Of a DNA stretch of 54,966 nt, positions 1 through 7,426 are shown piece after piece. Positions within the stretch are counted from its first letter, which is position 1. Every line of letters starts with the position of its first letter. A program made the translations under genes and the position numbers. Source of the stretch: a virus (taxonomy: Duplodnaviria > Caudoviricetes); the IMG/VR virus record IMGVR_UViG_3300003873_000010, positions 1 to 54,966 of that record. One strand, given 5' to 3'. Under the pieces are notes generated by a model. The model was given only the letters and a program-made list of their open reading frames with translations, made no database searches and was not told the origin of the DNA.

Positions 1-938
1 CCTTCTGAGGCTTCAATCATACGTCCAGATATCATCGATGCGCAGGCGTACTTCACCGCTACACCCTCTGGCAGCTCAGTAGACCTGCCGGCCTCTATGT
101 CGTCTATGGACGGCAACCCTGCAGCTACCTCCATGTATGATAATAAGTCTACGGCCGCCGCACGGCCAACCGTAGCAAGTGCTAAGGCGTAGCACTCGTC
201 TGCGTCTAGGGCGTCTGCCCCCAAAGATGCAATGGTCTTGCCTAGCGCATCCCAGCTCCGAGGCGTTGGGAATGCGAACATGTCTGCGTCGGTGGCCGCA
301 ACCTCCGACGCATGAAAGTGTTCAGGCTTGTATGCCAAAAACCCCGCCAATAGGGTTTTCACATTTCTCGGCCACGGAGCAATAGGCAGGTATTGCTCGA
401 GCCATGCGTCTGGCGACGCGAAGACCTCTACGTGTGCAAACCGATTACGCAGTGGGGTTGCCATTTGTTGTGTGAGTGCAGCGTCCTGCCTGCGGTTCGT
501 CGCCGCTAGTATGTGTACTGTCTCCGGCAGCTGTTTATCAGCTACACGGCGGTTTTGCACAAGCTCGAATAGCGGGGGTTGTTGTGCTGGGCTTGCCTGC
601 CCTAGCTCATCTACGAATAGTAGAGCGAGACGCTCACCCTTCATATATGGGCCGTTATGGTCTAAAAGGTCGGAAAACGGCGATGCCGGCAGTACGCGCG
701 TCTCGCCAGCGGCAAGGTCAGGCACTGGCAACCCCGACATGGCAATCGGGTCTTTGTGACTCGGCAAGAAGGTTATCAAATCGCAAGGTAGCCCTAGCTG
801 AGCTGATAGCAGCGAGGCGACTTGAGGCGCGACGAGCTGTGTTTTTCCTATCCCCGGCGCACCATGTACAAGTACAGGTGACCCGCTCAAAAGGGTGTGG
901 ATTGTTTTTGATGCACTTCGTATCTCTAGTTTAAGCAT
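1..938 (-). CDS. MoxR-like AAA+ ATPase (runs off left edge; absent from ORF track)
   Basis: Manual translation from ATG 938 (AGGAG RBS) is open for 312 codons to the edge. Walker A GAPGIGKT, Walker B LLFVDE, sensor-1 AATNR, PLRNRF and FPTPRSW motifs. Confidence 0.9.
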   Translation of the reverse strand, partial: MLKLEIRSASKTIHTLLSGSPVLVHGAPGIGKTQLVAPQVASLLSAQLGLPCDLITFLPSHKDPIAMSGLPVPDLAAGETRVLPASPFSDLLDHNGPYMKGERLALLFVDELGQASPAQQPPLFELVQNRRVADKQLPETVHILAATNRRQDAALTQQMATPLRNRFAHVEVFASPDAWLEQYLPIAPWPRNVKTLLAGFLAYKPEHFHASEVAATDADMFAFPTPRSWDALGKTIASLGADALDADECYALALATVGRAAAVDLLSYMEVAAGLPSIDDIEAGRSTELPEGVAVKYACASMISGRMIEASE

Positions 939-947
939 GGTAGACTC

Positions 948-1049
948 CTATAGGTGGATGATTAAAAATGTTATTGTTAAACCCGTAAAGGTTGCAAGAG
1001 CGAGAAACCGTGCATATAGCTCGGTTGTAACTGTTTTTGATGTAGTCAT
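948..1049 (-). CDS. 33-aa single-TM peptide MTTSKTVTTELYARFLALATFTGLTITFLIIHL
   Basis: RBS context TAGGAGTCTGCCATG is almost identical to the next gene's (TAGGAGTCTACCATG). Its stop overlaps that RBS. Hydrophobic C-terminal half. Confidence 0.65.
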   Translation of the reverse strand: MTTSKTVTTELYARFLALATFTGLTITFLIIHL

Positions 1050-1184
1050 GGCAGACTCCTAGGTTAGAATAAAAAGGCAGACCCTGTTTCGCTAAGGCCT
1101 GCAACGGAAACGCGGTGGAAAACCGCAGGTTAAAAATAAAGGCGTGCAAACAGGCAGATATACGTCCATTTGCACTAAAAATCG

Positions 1185-1830
1185 ATACTGCACAGAAAAT
1201 TTAGATGCACAGCGTTATTCCGTGCAGTGTTCTGTGCACTATAAGTGCTTGAAATCGTTGAGGAAACGCGTTATTCCCTCAAAAAACACAACTTCATTTG
1301 CCCACTTAACTGTGCACTATAAGTGCTTGAAATCATTGAGGAAACGTCGATGCTGCACAGAATTGGGTGATTTTTGGAGAGAGAGTCTATGTAACAATAT
1401 TTATGTACACCCGATTTCGCAGAGAAAAAAGAAAAAGCGAAAAAAAATATGGAGCTCTCTCATTCTCTCTCTATATATATATATTTCTTTATTTAATAAT
1501 ATATATATAGAGGGATTTTTTCTGTGCACTATAAAGCGTTGATTTTAAAGGAGTTTCAAATTTTGAAAAAAAAAACGTTCCTGCACGTGAGTAACAAAAA
1601 TTCTGTGCAGCAAAAACAATTTCCTCTGCAAAAACAACGACTTATAGCGCACAACGCTTTGTGCAGTGTCGATTGCTCTGTGCAGTATCGCCATTTCTCT
1701 AAGCAAATCAACGACTTACGGCCGAAAGCTCGACGAAATCAAAACGCAAAAAAGATAAATCCCAAAGAAAATCAACAACTTACGGCCGATACCTCTCTGT
1801 GCAGTAAGTCGCACAAACACTGTGCAGGCA
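1185..1830. other. Candidate replication origin / nucleoprotein site
   Basis: AT-rich and non-coding. Six IHF-consensus-like units (WATCAANNNNTTR) in two opposed groups of three, more than 10 TGTGCA/TGCACA boxes, and a central (AT)n inverted repeat at about 1467-1512. Confidence 0.55.
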
Positions 1831-1885
1831 CTTTTACCCATAGATAATTTTTATGGAAAACGCCTAAACCATAAAAAATTTTTAT

Positions 1886-1914
1886 TGGACATTCGTTTTC
1901 ATTTCTGATAAGCT
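1886..1914 (+). promoter_or_regulatory. sigma70-type promoter with no downstream protein gene
   Basis: TGGACA-17-TAAGCT with TGn extension. A/T tract ATAAAAAATTTTTAT directly upstream. Confidence 0.5.
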
Positions 1915-1978
1915 ATACGCACCTAGCGTGCTAGGAGCAAGACTGCTCCGATGCGCTAGGTACTTAGCTTATCAGAAA
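1902..1978. repeat. 77-bp imperfect inverted repeat
   Basis: TTTCTGATAAGCTA/TAGCTTATCAGAAA, ACCTAGCG/CGCTAGGT and GGAGCA/TGCTCC stems with an AGAC loop. Confidence 0.9.
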
Positions 1979-1997
1979 CACTATTTTCATACGACAT

Positions 1998-2025
1998 ATG
2001 ACGCACGTCATATATCTCATATAAT
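1998..2025 (+). promoter_or_regulatory. Putative promoter with palindrome over -35
   Basis: ATGACG-16-TATAAT. ATATGACG-CA-CGTCATAT overlaps the -35. Confidence 0.35.
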
Positions 2026-2304
2026 GACATAAAATTCATGTCTAAGTAACCTTAAAGTATTTCTGGTTTTTGTGGGGCTTTTTCTTTTTCTGCGATGCGA
2101 CGCACCAAAAAAACTTTTCGATTTCAGTGCGTCGTAAAAAAATCTTTGCGTCCGCCTCATTTCTCGTCGCTGCCTTCAGGCCGTACGAACCCCTTACGAA
2201 CATACCGCAAAAAAATTTATTTCTCGTTTTCATCCCGCGTCCGCCCCACCTGCTTCATTGCCGTAACAAATCTGCACAGTGCCTTAACACTGCGGGGCGT
2301 TCGC

Positions 2305-2410
2305 TCACTTGTTCACTTGTTCACTTGTTCACTTGTTCACTTGTTCACTTGTTCACTTGTTCACTTGTTCACTTGTTCACTTGTTCACTTGTTCACTTCT
2401 TGTTCACTTG
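2305..2410. repeat. 8-bp microsatellite (TCACTTGT)x11 plus degenerate units
   Basis: Directly visible; perfect units span 2305-2392. Confidence 0.97.
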
Positions 2411-2468
2411 CTTCATACCATGTTTCGCTTCATTGCCGTAACAAATCCGCTTCGTCGCCTTAACGACT

Positions 2469-2571
2469 GGTTTATGCTTTTTAGTACTCTTATATATAAG
2501 CGTACTAAGTTAGTACGCTTATATATAAGAGTATGTGCCTAGGCACATACTCTTATCGGTTTATGCTTTTT
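2469..2571. repeat. Nested perfect palindromes between 14-bp direct repeats
   Basis: 24+1+24-bp palindrome at 2485-2533 and 32-bp palindrome at 2525-2556. GGTTTATGCTTTTT at 2469-2482 and 2558-2571. Confidence 0.95.
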
Positions 2572-3208
2572 CGATTACGCCGTTGAGCTTGAAGCCGTGT
2601 TTTTTCGCTTCTTTCGCTAAGCGTGCTAACTTTTCATTCCAATGGTCGGCCGTAGCTTTTTCTTGTAGTAAAGCCTGTTTCTTTTCCGCTTTGTCAGCTT
2701 CTTTTTTCAAGTCTAACTCTTTCGCTACATCTGCAATCGCTAATGCCATCACGCCCAGTTGGTCACGAAACACCGCAGGTACATTCTTCTTGTACTTGAT
2801 TTGATTTGTAACTTGAATTCCCCGCCATTCCGTCGGGGCTTCAAGTTTTCTTGCAGTGATTACTGCCCCTGCTCCGCAAGCAAGCAACAATTCTTTGCCG
2901 CGTTTTGCTACTGCTTCGACAGATATCAACGCCGACGCTGGGCTGGGATTGTTGCTTGCTAACTGCATAAGTGCGTATTTAGTCAGTGCTTGTATATCTG
3001 CATCTGTTACAGATAGTGTACCCAGCTTTCTAGCGTACGATGCTTCGCTGAACGCTTTGTTAGCTTTGTTAGCTGTGGTAGCTGTGGTAGCTTTGTTAGC
3101 TTTGTTAGCTGTGGTAGCTGTGGTAGCTTTGTTAGCTTTGTTAGCTGCGGTAACTGTGGTAGCTTTGTTAGTATTGTTTTCCATTTTATTTTCCATTTTG
3201 TTTTCCAT
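2561..3208 (-). CDS. Hypothetical early protein, Lys/Ala-rich with N-terminal repeats
   Basis: 215-aa ORF, AAGGA RBS, consensus promoter upstream. MENK/MENN x3 and NKANKATTATTA repeats. Confidence 0.8.
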   Translation of the reverse strand: MENKMENKMENNTNKATTVTAANKANKATTATTANKANKATTATTANKANKAFSEASYARKLGTLSVTDADIQALTKYALMQLASNNPSPASALISVEAVAKRGKELLLACGAGAVITARKLEAPTEWRGIQVTNQIKYKKNVPAVFRDQLGVMALAIADVAKELDLKKEADKAEKKQALLQEKATADHWNEKLARLAKEAKKHGFKLNGVIEKA

Positions 3209-3293
3209 TTTGTTTTCCTTTTTGTTTTGTTTTCGTATATCTGTGTTTGCGGATATATGGCCGTTTTTGGCCGTTTTCCTTTGCCACGCCCCT

Positions 3294-3321
3294 ATTATAT
3301 AACATACATTAACCTTGTCAA
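3294..3321 (-). promoter_or_regulatory. Consensus sigma70 promoter (early)
   Basis: TTGACA-16-TATAAT on the - strand with an AT-rich upstream tract. Confidence 0.85.
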
Positions 3322-3354
3322 GCTTTTTATGTCATTTATATGTATTATTTTTAG

Positions 3355-3512
3355 CATCTATGTGTCTATGTATCTATGTATCTATGTATCTATGTATCTG
3401 TGTATCTGTGTATCTGTGTATCTATGTATCTGTGTATCTGTGTATCTGTGTATCTGTGTATCTGTGTATCTGTGTATCTGTGTATCTATGTATCTATGTA
3501 TCTATGTATCTG
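3355..3512. repeat. 8-bp microsatellite TATCT(A/G)TG, about 19 units
   Basis: 17 clean units at 3371-3506 in the order A3 G3 A1 G7 A3. Confidence 0.97.
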
Positions 3513-3640
3513 GATATGCGGGTAGGGTGATGGGAACTTTGGCAGCCGGGGGGCGGGGGTCTCTATACGTATCTACGTTTACCCAACAGCCAAATTTCAA
3601 AAAAACAAAGACCCTACAAAAACTAAGGTTTCCCCCCGGC

Positions 3641-3680
3641 CAACCAAGCAACCAAGCAACCAAGCAACCAAGCAACCACA
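3641..3680. repeat. 8-bp microsatellite (CAACCAAG)x4
   Basis: Directly visible. Confidence 0.95.
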
Positions 3681-3687
3681 AACCCCT

Positions 3688-3715
3688 TTCAAACCCCCGC
3701 AGAAACCGCTATACT
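3688..3715 (+). promoter_or_regulatory. Putative terS/late promoter
   Basis: TTCAAA-16-TATACT, ending 6 nt before ATG 3722. Confidence 0.45.
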
Positions 3716-3721
3716 ATGCGT

Positions 3722-4225
3722 ATGAATTATCCATTTCCCCCCAAAATGCTCGTTGCCATAGCCGCCGGGCTCGAACCACCCGTAGACATAGCGGTCAACC
3801 ACGGGTACACCCCCGAGTCGTACGCGGCCGTGGCGAAAACTAGGGCTTTTCAGCAAGCCCTAGCTGCGGTTGCGCGCAAGATGGAGTCCGAGGGGATTAC
3901 ACCAGACATATTAGAGCTGGCCACACTGCAGGAGATGACGACACGTGTCACTCGGCAGCTATTTACGTCCCTCACTTCGGAGGAGTTAGAGCCGAAGGAA
4001 CGGGTACAGATTGCAAATCTACTATTCAACCGTGAAGATACTCTTACTAAGCGCACTCAGCAACGCGACTCGGAGCACGTTTCGGGGGGCGAGGACGCAT
4101 TTGTCATAAATATCACCCTGCCGTCTTCTGGCACTGCAACTGTTAGTGTTGGAGCCGCGGCAAAGAAAGAACCTATTGATGTAACCCCTGTAGAACCGGA
4201 GGCGATAGAGTATGGCGACGATTAA
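3722..4225 (+). CDS. terS: Putative terminase small subunit
   Basis: About 167 aa, helical, overlaps the terL start, C-terminal FVINITLP strand. The track's extension to 3227 is translated microsatellite. Call is positional. Confidence 0.65.
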   Translation: MNYPFPPKMLVAIAAGLEPPVDIAVNHGYTPESYAAVAKTRAFQQALAAVARKMESEGITPDILELATLQEMTTRVTRQLFTSLTSEELEPKERVQIANLLFNREDTLTKRTQQRDSEHVSGGEDAFVINITLPSSGTATVSVGAAAKKEPIDVTPVEPEAIEYGDD

Positions 4226-5657
4226 CTACGCCCCGCCTCGTTCCCTAGAGGCATACTTTAGTAGTGAGAAGTTCATATCCCTTGCGATGGGTCCTATTGG
4301 GTCGACCAAAACTACCGCATCCCTATTGAAGATTGCATATCATGCGGCACAAATCGCCCCTTGCGAGGATGGCGTGCGTCGTTCTCGGTGCGTTGTGGTT
4401 CGTAACACGCGTGAGCAGCTGCGCGATACAACTATTCCTGACTTCTTATCGTGGTATCCCGATGGCGTAGCGGGCGAGTATGCCAAAACAACAATGACAT
4501 TTAAGTTGCAGTTCGGCGATGTCGAGTGCGATGTCCTGTTCAGAAGCCTCGATGAGGCGAAAGACGTGCGTAAGTTATTATCTTTGCAGCTGTCTTTCGC
4601 GGCTATTGATGAGTTTCGTGAGCTTCACCCCGATGTGTTCCAGCAGTTGCAGGGGCGGTTGGGGCGTTTTCCTGACAAGCGTATGGTTGAGCCAGACCCA
4701 GAGCGCGGGTTCCCCGGTGGGTGCGTGTATGAGGACGGGACGGATGCGAGACGTTTGTGGGGGGCGTCGAACCCGCCAGATATGGGGACCTTTTGGGAGG
4801 ACTACATAACCCGAGCCCGTGAGGGGGAGTTTAAGAACACACATATAACTGTACAGCCCTCGGCTTTTTCTGAGACCGCAGACTGGCTGCAGTTTCTACC
4901 AGATGATTACTATGATGTACTCGTCGAGGGTAAGCCCGATGAGTGGGTGGACGTGTATGTAAAGTCCCAATTTGGGAAATCACTTGCGGGGCGCCCTGTT
5001 TTCAGCGGGTTCGACACAGATTTTCATGTTGCAGAACACACACTCAAGCCGTTCCCCACCTCGTCTAGTCCGCTCATATTGGGGATGGACTTCGGGTTGA
5101 CCCCTGCGTGTACCATATCGCAGGTTGACCCTCGAGGGAGGATGCTGACCTATGCGTCTCTCACGAGCGAGGGCATGGGGATTGTTAGGTTTATTGATGA
5201 GATGCTCCGTCCGCTGTTGATAAATCGTTTTGCTGGGTTGCGTACGTTAGTGGTTGGTGACCCTGCTGGGTCTCAGCGAGCTCAGACGGATGAGAAAAGT
5301 GTGTTTGATATTTTACGGATGCGAGGGTTCGATGTAATCCCTGCACCGACCAACTCGATAGCTTCGCGACTCGCGGCCGTCGAGTCTTTGTTAGCGCGTC
5401 AGGTGGACGGAAAACCTGCGCATCTTATAGACCCGGGCGCGACGGGGTTGATTGACGCTCTGCGTGGCGGGTATCGATACAGAAAGCGTAAGAATGGAGA
5501 TTATGATGACAAGCCAGAGAAAAATGAGTATTCCCACGTGGCCGATGCCCACCAGTATGCCTGCCTCTACATTGCAGGAGACCAAGTCGGAGCAGGGCCC
5601 CGAGTCAAATCAAAGCGACGAAGCGTTGGCACGGCTAGTGTCACCGCTTGGGTGTGA
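4212..5657 (+). CDS. terL: Terminase large subunit
   Basis: Walker A MGPIGSTKT, VVRNT, Walker B AAIDE, ASNPP coupling motif, nuclease GMDFG and SHVADA. Confidence 0.93.
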   Translation: MATINYAPPRSLEAYFSSEKFISLAMGPIGSTKTTASLLKIAYHAAQIAPCEDGVRRSRCVVVRNTREQLRDTTIPDFLSWYPDGVAGEYAKTTMTFKLQFGDVECDVLFRSLDEAKDVRKLLSLQLSFAAIDEFRELHPDVFQQLQGRLGRFPDKRMVEPDPERGFPGGCVYEDGTDARRLWGASNPPDMGTFWEDYITRAREGEFKNTHITVQPSAFSETADWLQFLPDDYYDVLVEGKPDEWVDVYVKSQFGKSLAGRPVFSGFDTDFHVAEHTLKPFPTSSSPLILGMDFGLTPACTISQVDPRGRMLTYASLTSEGMGIVRFIDEMLRPLLINRFAGLRTLVVGDPAGSQRAQTDEKSVFDILRMRGFDVIPAPTNSIASRLAAVESLLARQVDGKPAHLIDPGATGLIDALRGGYRYRKRKNGDYDDKPEKNEYSHVADAHQYACLYIAGDQVGAGPRVKSKRRSVGTASVTAWV

Positions 5658-5667
5658 CGTAGAGGCG

Positions 5668-5811
5668 ATGCGTGAGGTACACGCACAGGCCAAGAGTTTT
5701 GAGGGGGACGTGGCCCACACACGTAAGATTGTGGCCCGTGTTTCATGCGGGTTCAACATAGTCCTTGCCGTATCGATGTTGACGGTTTTGGGAGTTCTTA
5801 TATTCCTGTAG
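5668..5811 (+). CDS. Small C-terminal TM protein (47 aa)
   Basis: GAGG RBS, fills the gap after terL, hydrophobic tail. Confidence 0.45.
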   Translation: MREVHAQAKSFEGDVAHTRKIVARVSCGFNIVLAVSMLTVLGVLIFL

Positions 5812-5839
5812 TTGCGCCCACTTGCGCACAGTGTATAAT
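5812..5839 (+). promoter_or_regulatory. Putative promoter of the fibre block
   Basis: TTGCGC-16-TATAAT, then GGAGGT RBS and ATG 5870. Confidence 0.6.
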
Positions 5840-5869
5840 GGGCTTTATTTATGGTAGGGGAGGTAGTGT

Positions 5870-7426
5870 ATGGGAGCCAACGCGTATTATGATGAGGCGG
5901 AGTTTACGGCTGAGGTGTCTAGGATGCCCGTATTTGACAACGTCGTTAAGGTCCACGCGCCTGTTAGTGGGCACACTGACCCCACATCTAATTTCATTGT
6001 CGGGGCGTACTCTACCTATAAGGTGCCTGATGTTTCCTCGCCTAAAGTTTATGTGACGTCTGCGGGGCTATCGTACCCCGCATCATCCACTTCGGTGATT
6101 GATATTGCCCGGTCAGTGGAGGCTAGTAGTGCCAGCAGTCAATATATTACAGTAACCCCCCAAGATGGCGGGGCTGTTGTCGTGAATAGTATGGCGTTTA
6201 GTACGAGTAACTTGTATCAGTCCGCACTACTGGCAAACTACAAGCCTTATTTAGGGGTTCGGGGGTTGTTGTACCCCCTCTTATTCAAGGACTCCCAGAG
6301 CCAGCCTCTATTTTTGTATGGGGGGCTGTCGCAGGTTAGTCCCGTTGCGGACTCGAACGACGGGTACAACTCAAGCACCCCAGTGTTCGCAGCGACGGAT
6401 AAAGAGCTTGAGTACGCGAAGTATGCTCGTAGCCTTAATGGGGCGCCGGCACAGCCGATAGGCCCGACTGCCAAAACCGCGAGGGTGTCCTCTCGTGCTA
6501 TTAATGCCGCTATGGAGCAGAGTGTGCGAGGGCAACCCAAAGTGGCGGCGCTCCCCGCACACTCAGAGGGGTACGAGCTCGTATCCTCTTGTGAGGTGGG
6601 TGTTGGTGATGGGTATCATGTGGGCCTCTTCACCGGTGGGGTTGCGTATTCAAACCCTATTCCGGAGGGACGGTCACGGATTTTGTACAATGGTGGGGGG
6701 TATAAGCACAGCCCGTTTAACATATACGCAGTACCGCTTGTCAAGCACCTTCGAGTTCGCGCGATTACGAACCCTCAGTTTACAGGTGGGCCAGAGCCTC
6801 TGTATATGCAGATTATGTTCGCCACTAAAGTGGCGGGATATACGAAAACCTCGGGGGTGTTGGACAACGAGTGGCAGTCTGAACTGTCAAAAGTGCAGTA
6901 TAACGTAGACGAGTTCAGTGACCCGTGGTGTACCTCAGGTACGAAGGTCAGCACCTACCTCGCCCAGCACGTGTCTAAGCCTCCTTTGCATGGAGATTAT
7001 TCTGCTTTTCAGGCAGGCTTTTCCATCCCTACCGCGGTCCTGTTTGGGATTGATAATTATTTTGCGGTGACGATAGATGTTCCTGTCTCCGTGAGCGATG
7101 TGAGTCTCGTGTCCGGAGTGTACGTTGATGTTAAGGGGTCGGGGCATTGGACGTCAGCGGTGTTCGTACTCGAGTTTAGCTTGGATGGGACCGATTGGTA
7201 TCCTGTACACGCGATGGACTACGCACAGTTCAATGCGGACATCGCGACGGAGGCCCAGAATAGTTCAAGTAGTTCAAGTAGTTACAGCGACCCCACAACT
7301 ACCACAACCACTACGACCGCCTCTGGGACGACCTATCCGTCGTACTATAATGGTGATGTATGGACGATGACCAAGCAAGATGTCGCGTCCCCTAACCTTT
7401 TGGTGTTTAGAGGAGGCATAGTATGA
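5870..7426 (+). CDS. Putative virion/receptor-binding protein with discoidin-like C-terminal region
   Basis: 518 aa. FVLEFSLDGTDW resembles the F5/8-type-C motif. Ser/Thr tract. Confidence 0.55.
   Translation: MGANAYYDEAEFTAEVSRMPVFDNVVKVHAPVSGHTDPTSNFIVGAYSTYKVPDVSSPKVYVTSAGLSYPASSTSVIDIARSVEASSASSQYITVTPQDGGAVVVNSMAFSTSNLYQSALLANYKPYLGVRGLLYPLLFKDSQSQPLFLYGGLSQVSPVADSNDGYNSSTPVFAATDKELEYAKYARSLNGAPAQPIGPTAKTARVSSRAINAAMEQSVRGQPKVAALPAHSEGYELVSSCEVGVGDGYHVGLFTGGVAYSNPIPEGRSRILYNGGGYKHSPFNIYAVPLVKHLRVRAITNPQFTGGPEPLYMQIMFATKVAGYTKTSGVLDNEWQSELSKVQYNVDEFSDPWCTSGTKVSTYLAQHVSKPPLHGDYSAFQAGFSIPTAVLFGIDNYFAVTIDVPVSVSDVSLVSGVYVDVKGSGHWTSAVFVLEFSLDGTDWYPVHAMDYAQFNADIATEAQNSSSSSSSYSDPTTTTTTTTASGTTYPSYYNGDVWTMTKQDVASPNLLVFRGGIV

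Noticed and set aside
179-934. + strand ORFs at the left edge
   Set aside because: Shadows of the - strand AAA+ ATPase, which has full motifs.
1232-1346. Mini-CRISPR-like unit: two 37-bp repeats ending GAAACG with a 41-bp spacer and a small hairpin
   Set aside because: The same unit recurs degenerate and inverted (1523, 1620-1653, ~1695, ~1758), keeping only the IHF-like core. That fits binding sites rather than a CRISPR repeat, and no cas genes are present. A repeat-database search would settle it.
1965-1976. TAGCTTATCAGA equals the first 12 nt of animal miR-21, in a hairpin
   Set aside because: A 12-nt match to some known small RNA is unsurprising by chance and biologically implausible here.
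2070-2542. ORFs with LFTCSLVH repeats in three frames
   Set aside because: Translations of the stop-free 8-bp microsatellite; no RBS.
3227-3721. N-terminal 165 aa of the 332-aa ORF (YLCICVSV repeats)
   Set aside because: Microsatellite read-through across a promoter region; the real gene likely starts at 3722 or 3716.
4287-4316. TerL Walker A GSTKT instead of GSGK(S/T) as an inactivating change
   Set aside because: The catalytic Lys-Thr and all other motifs are intact; treated as a family variant.
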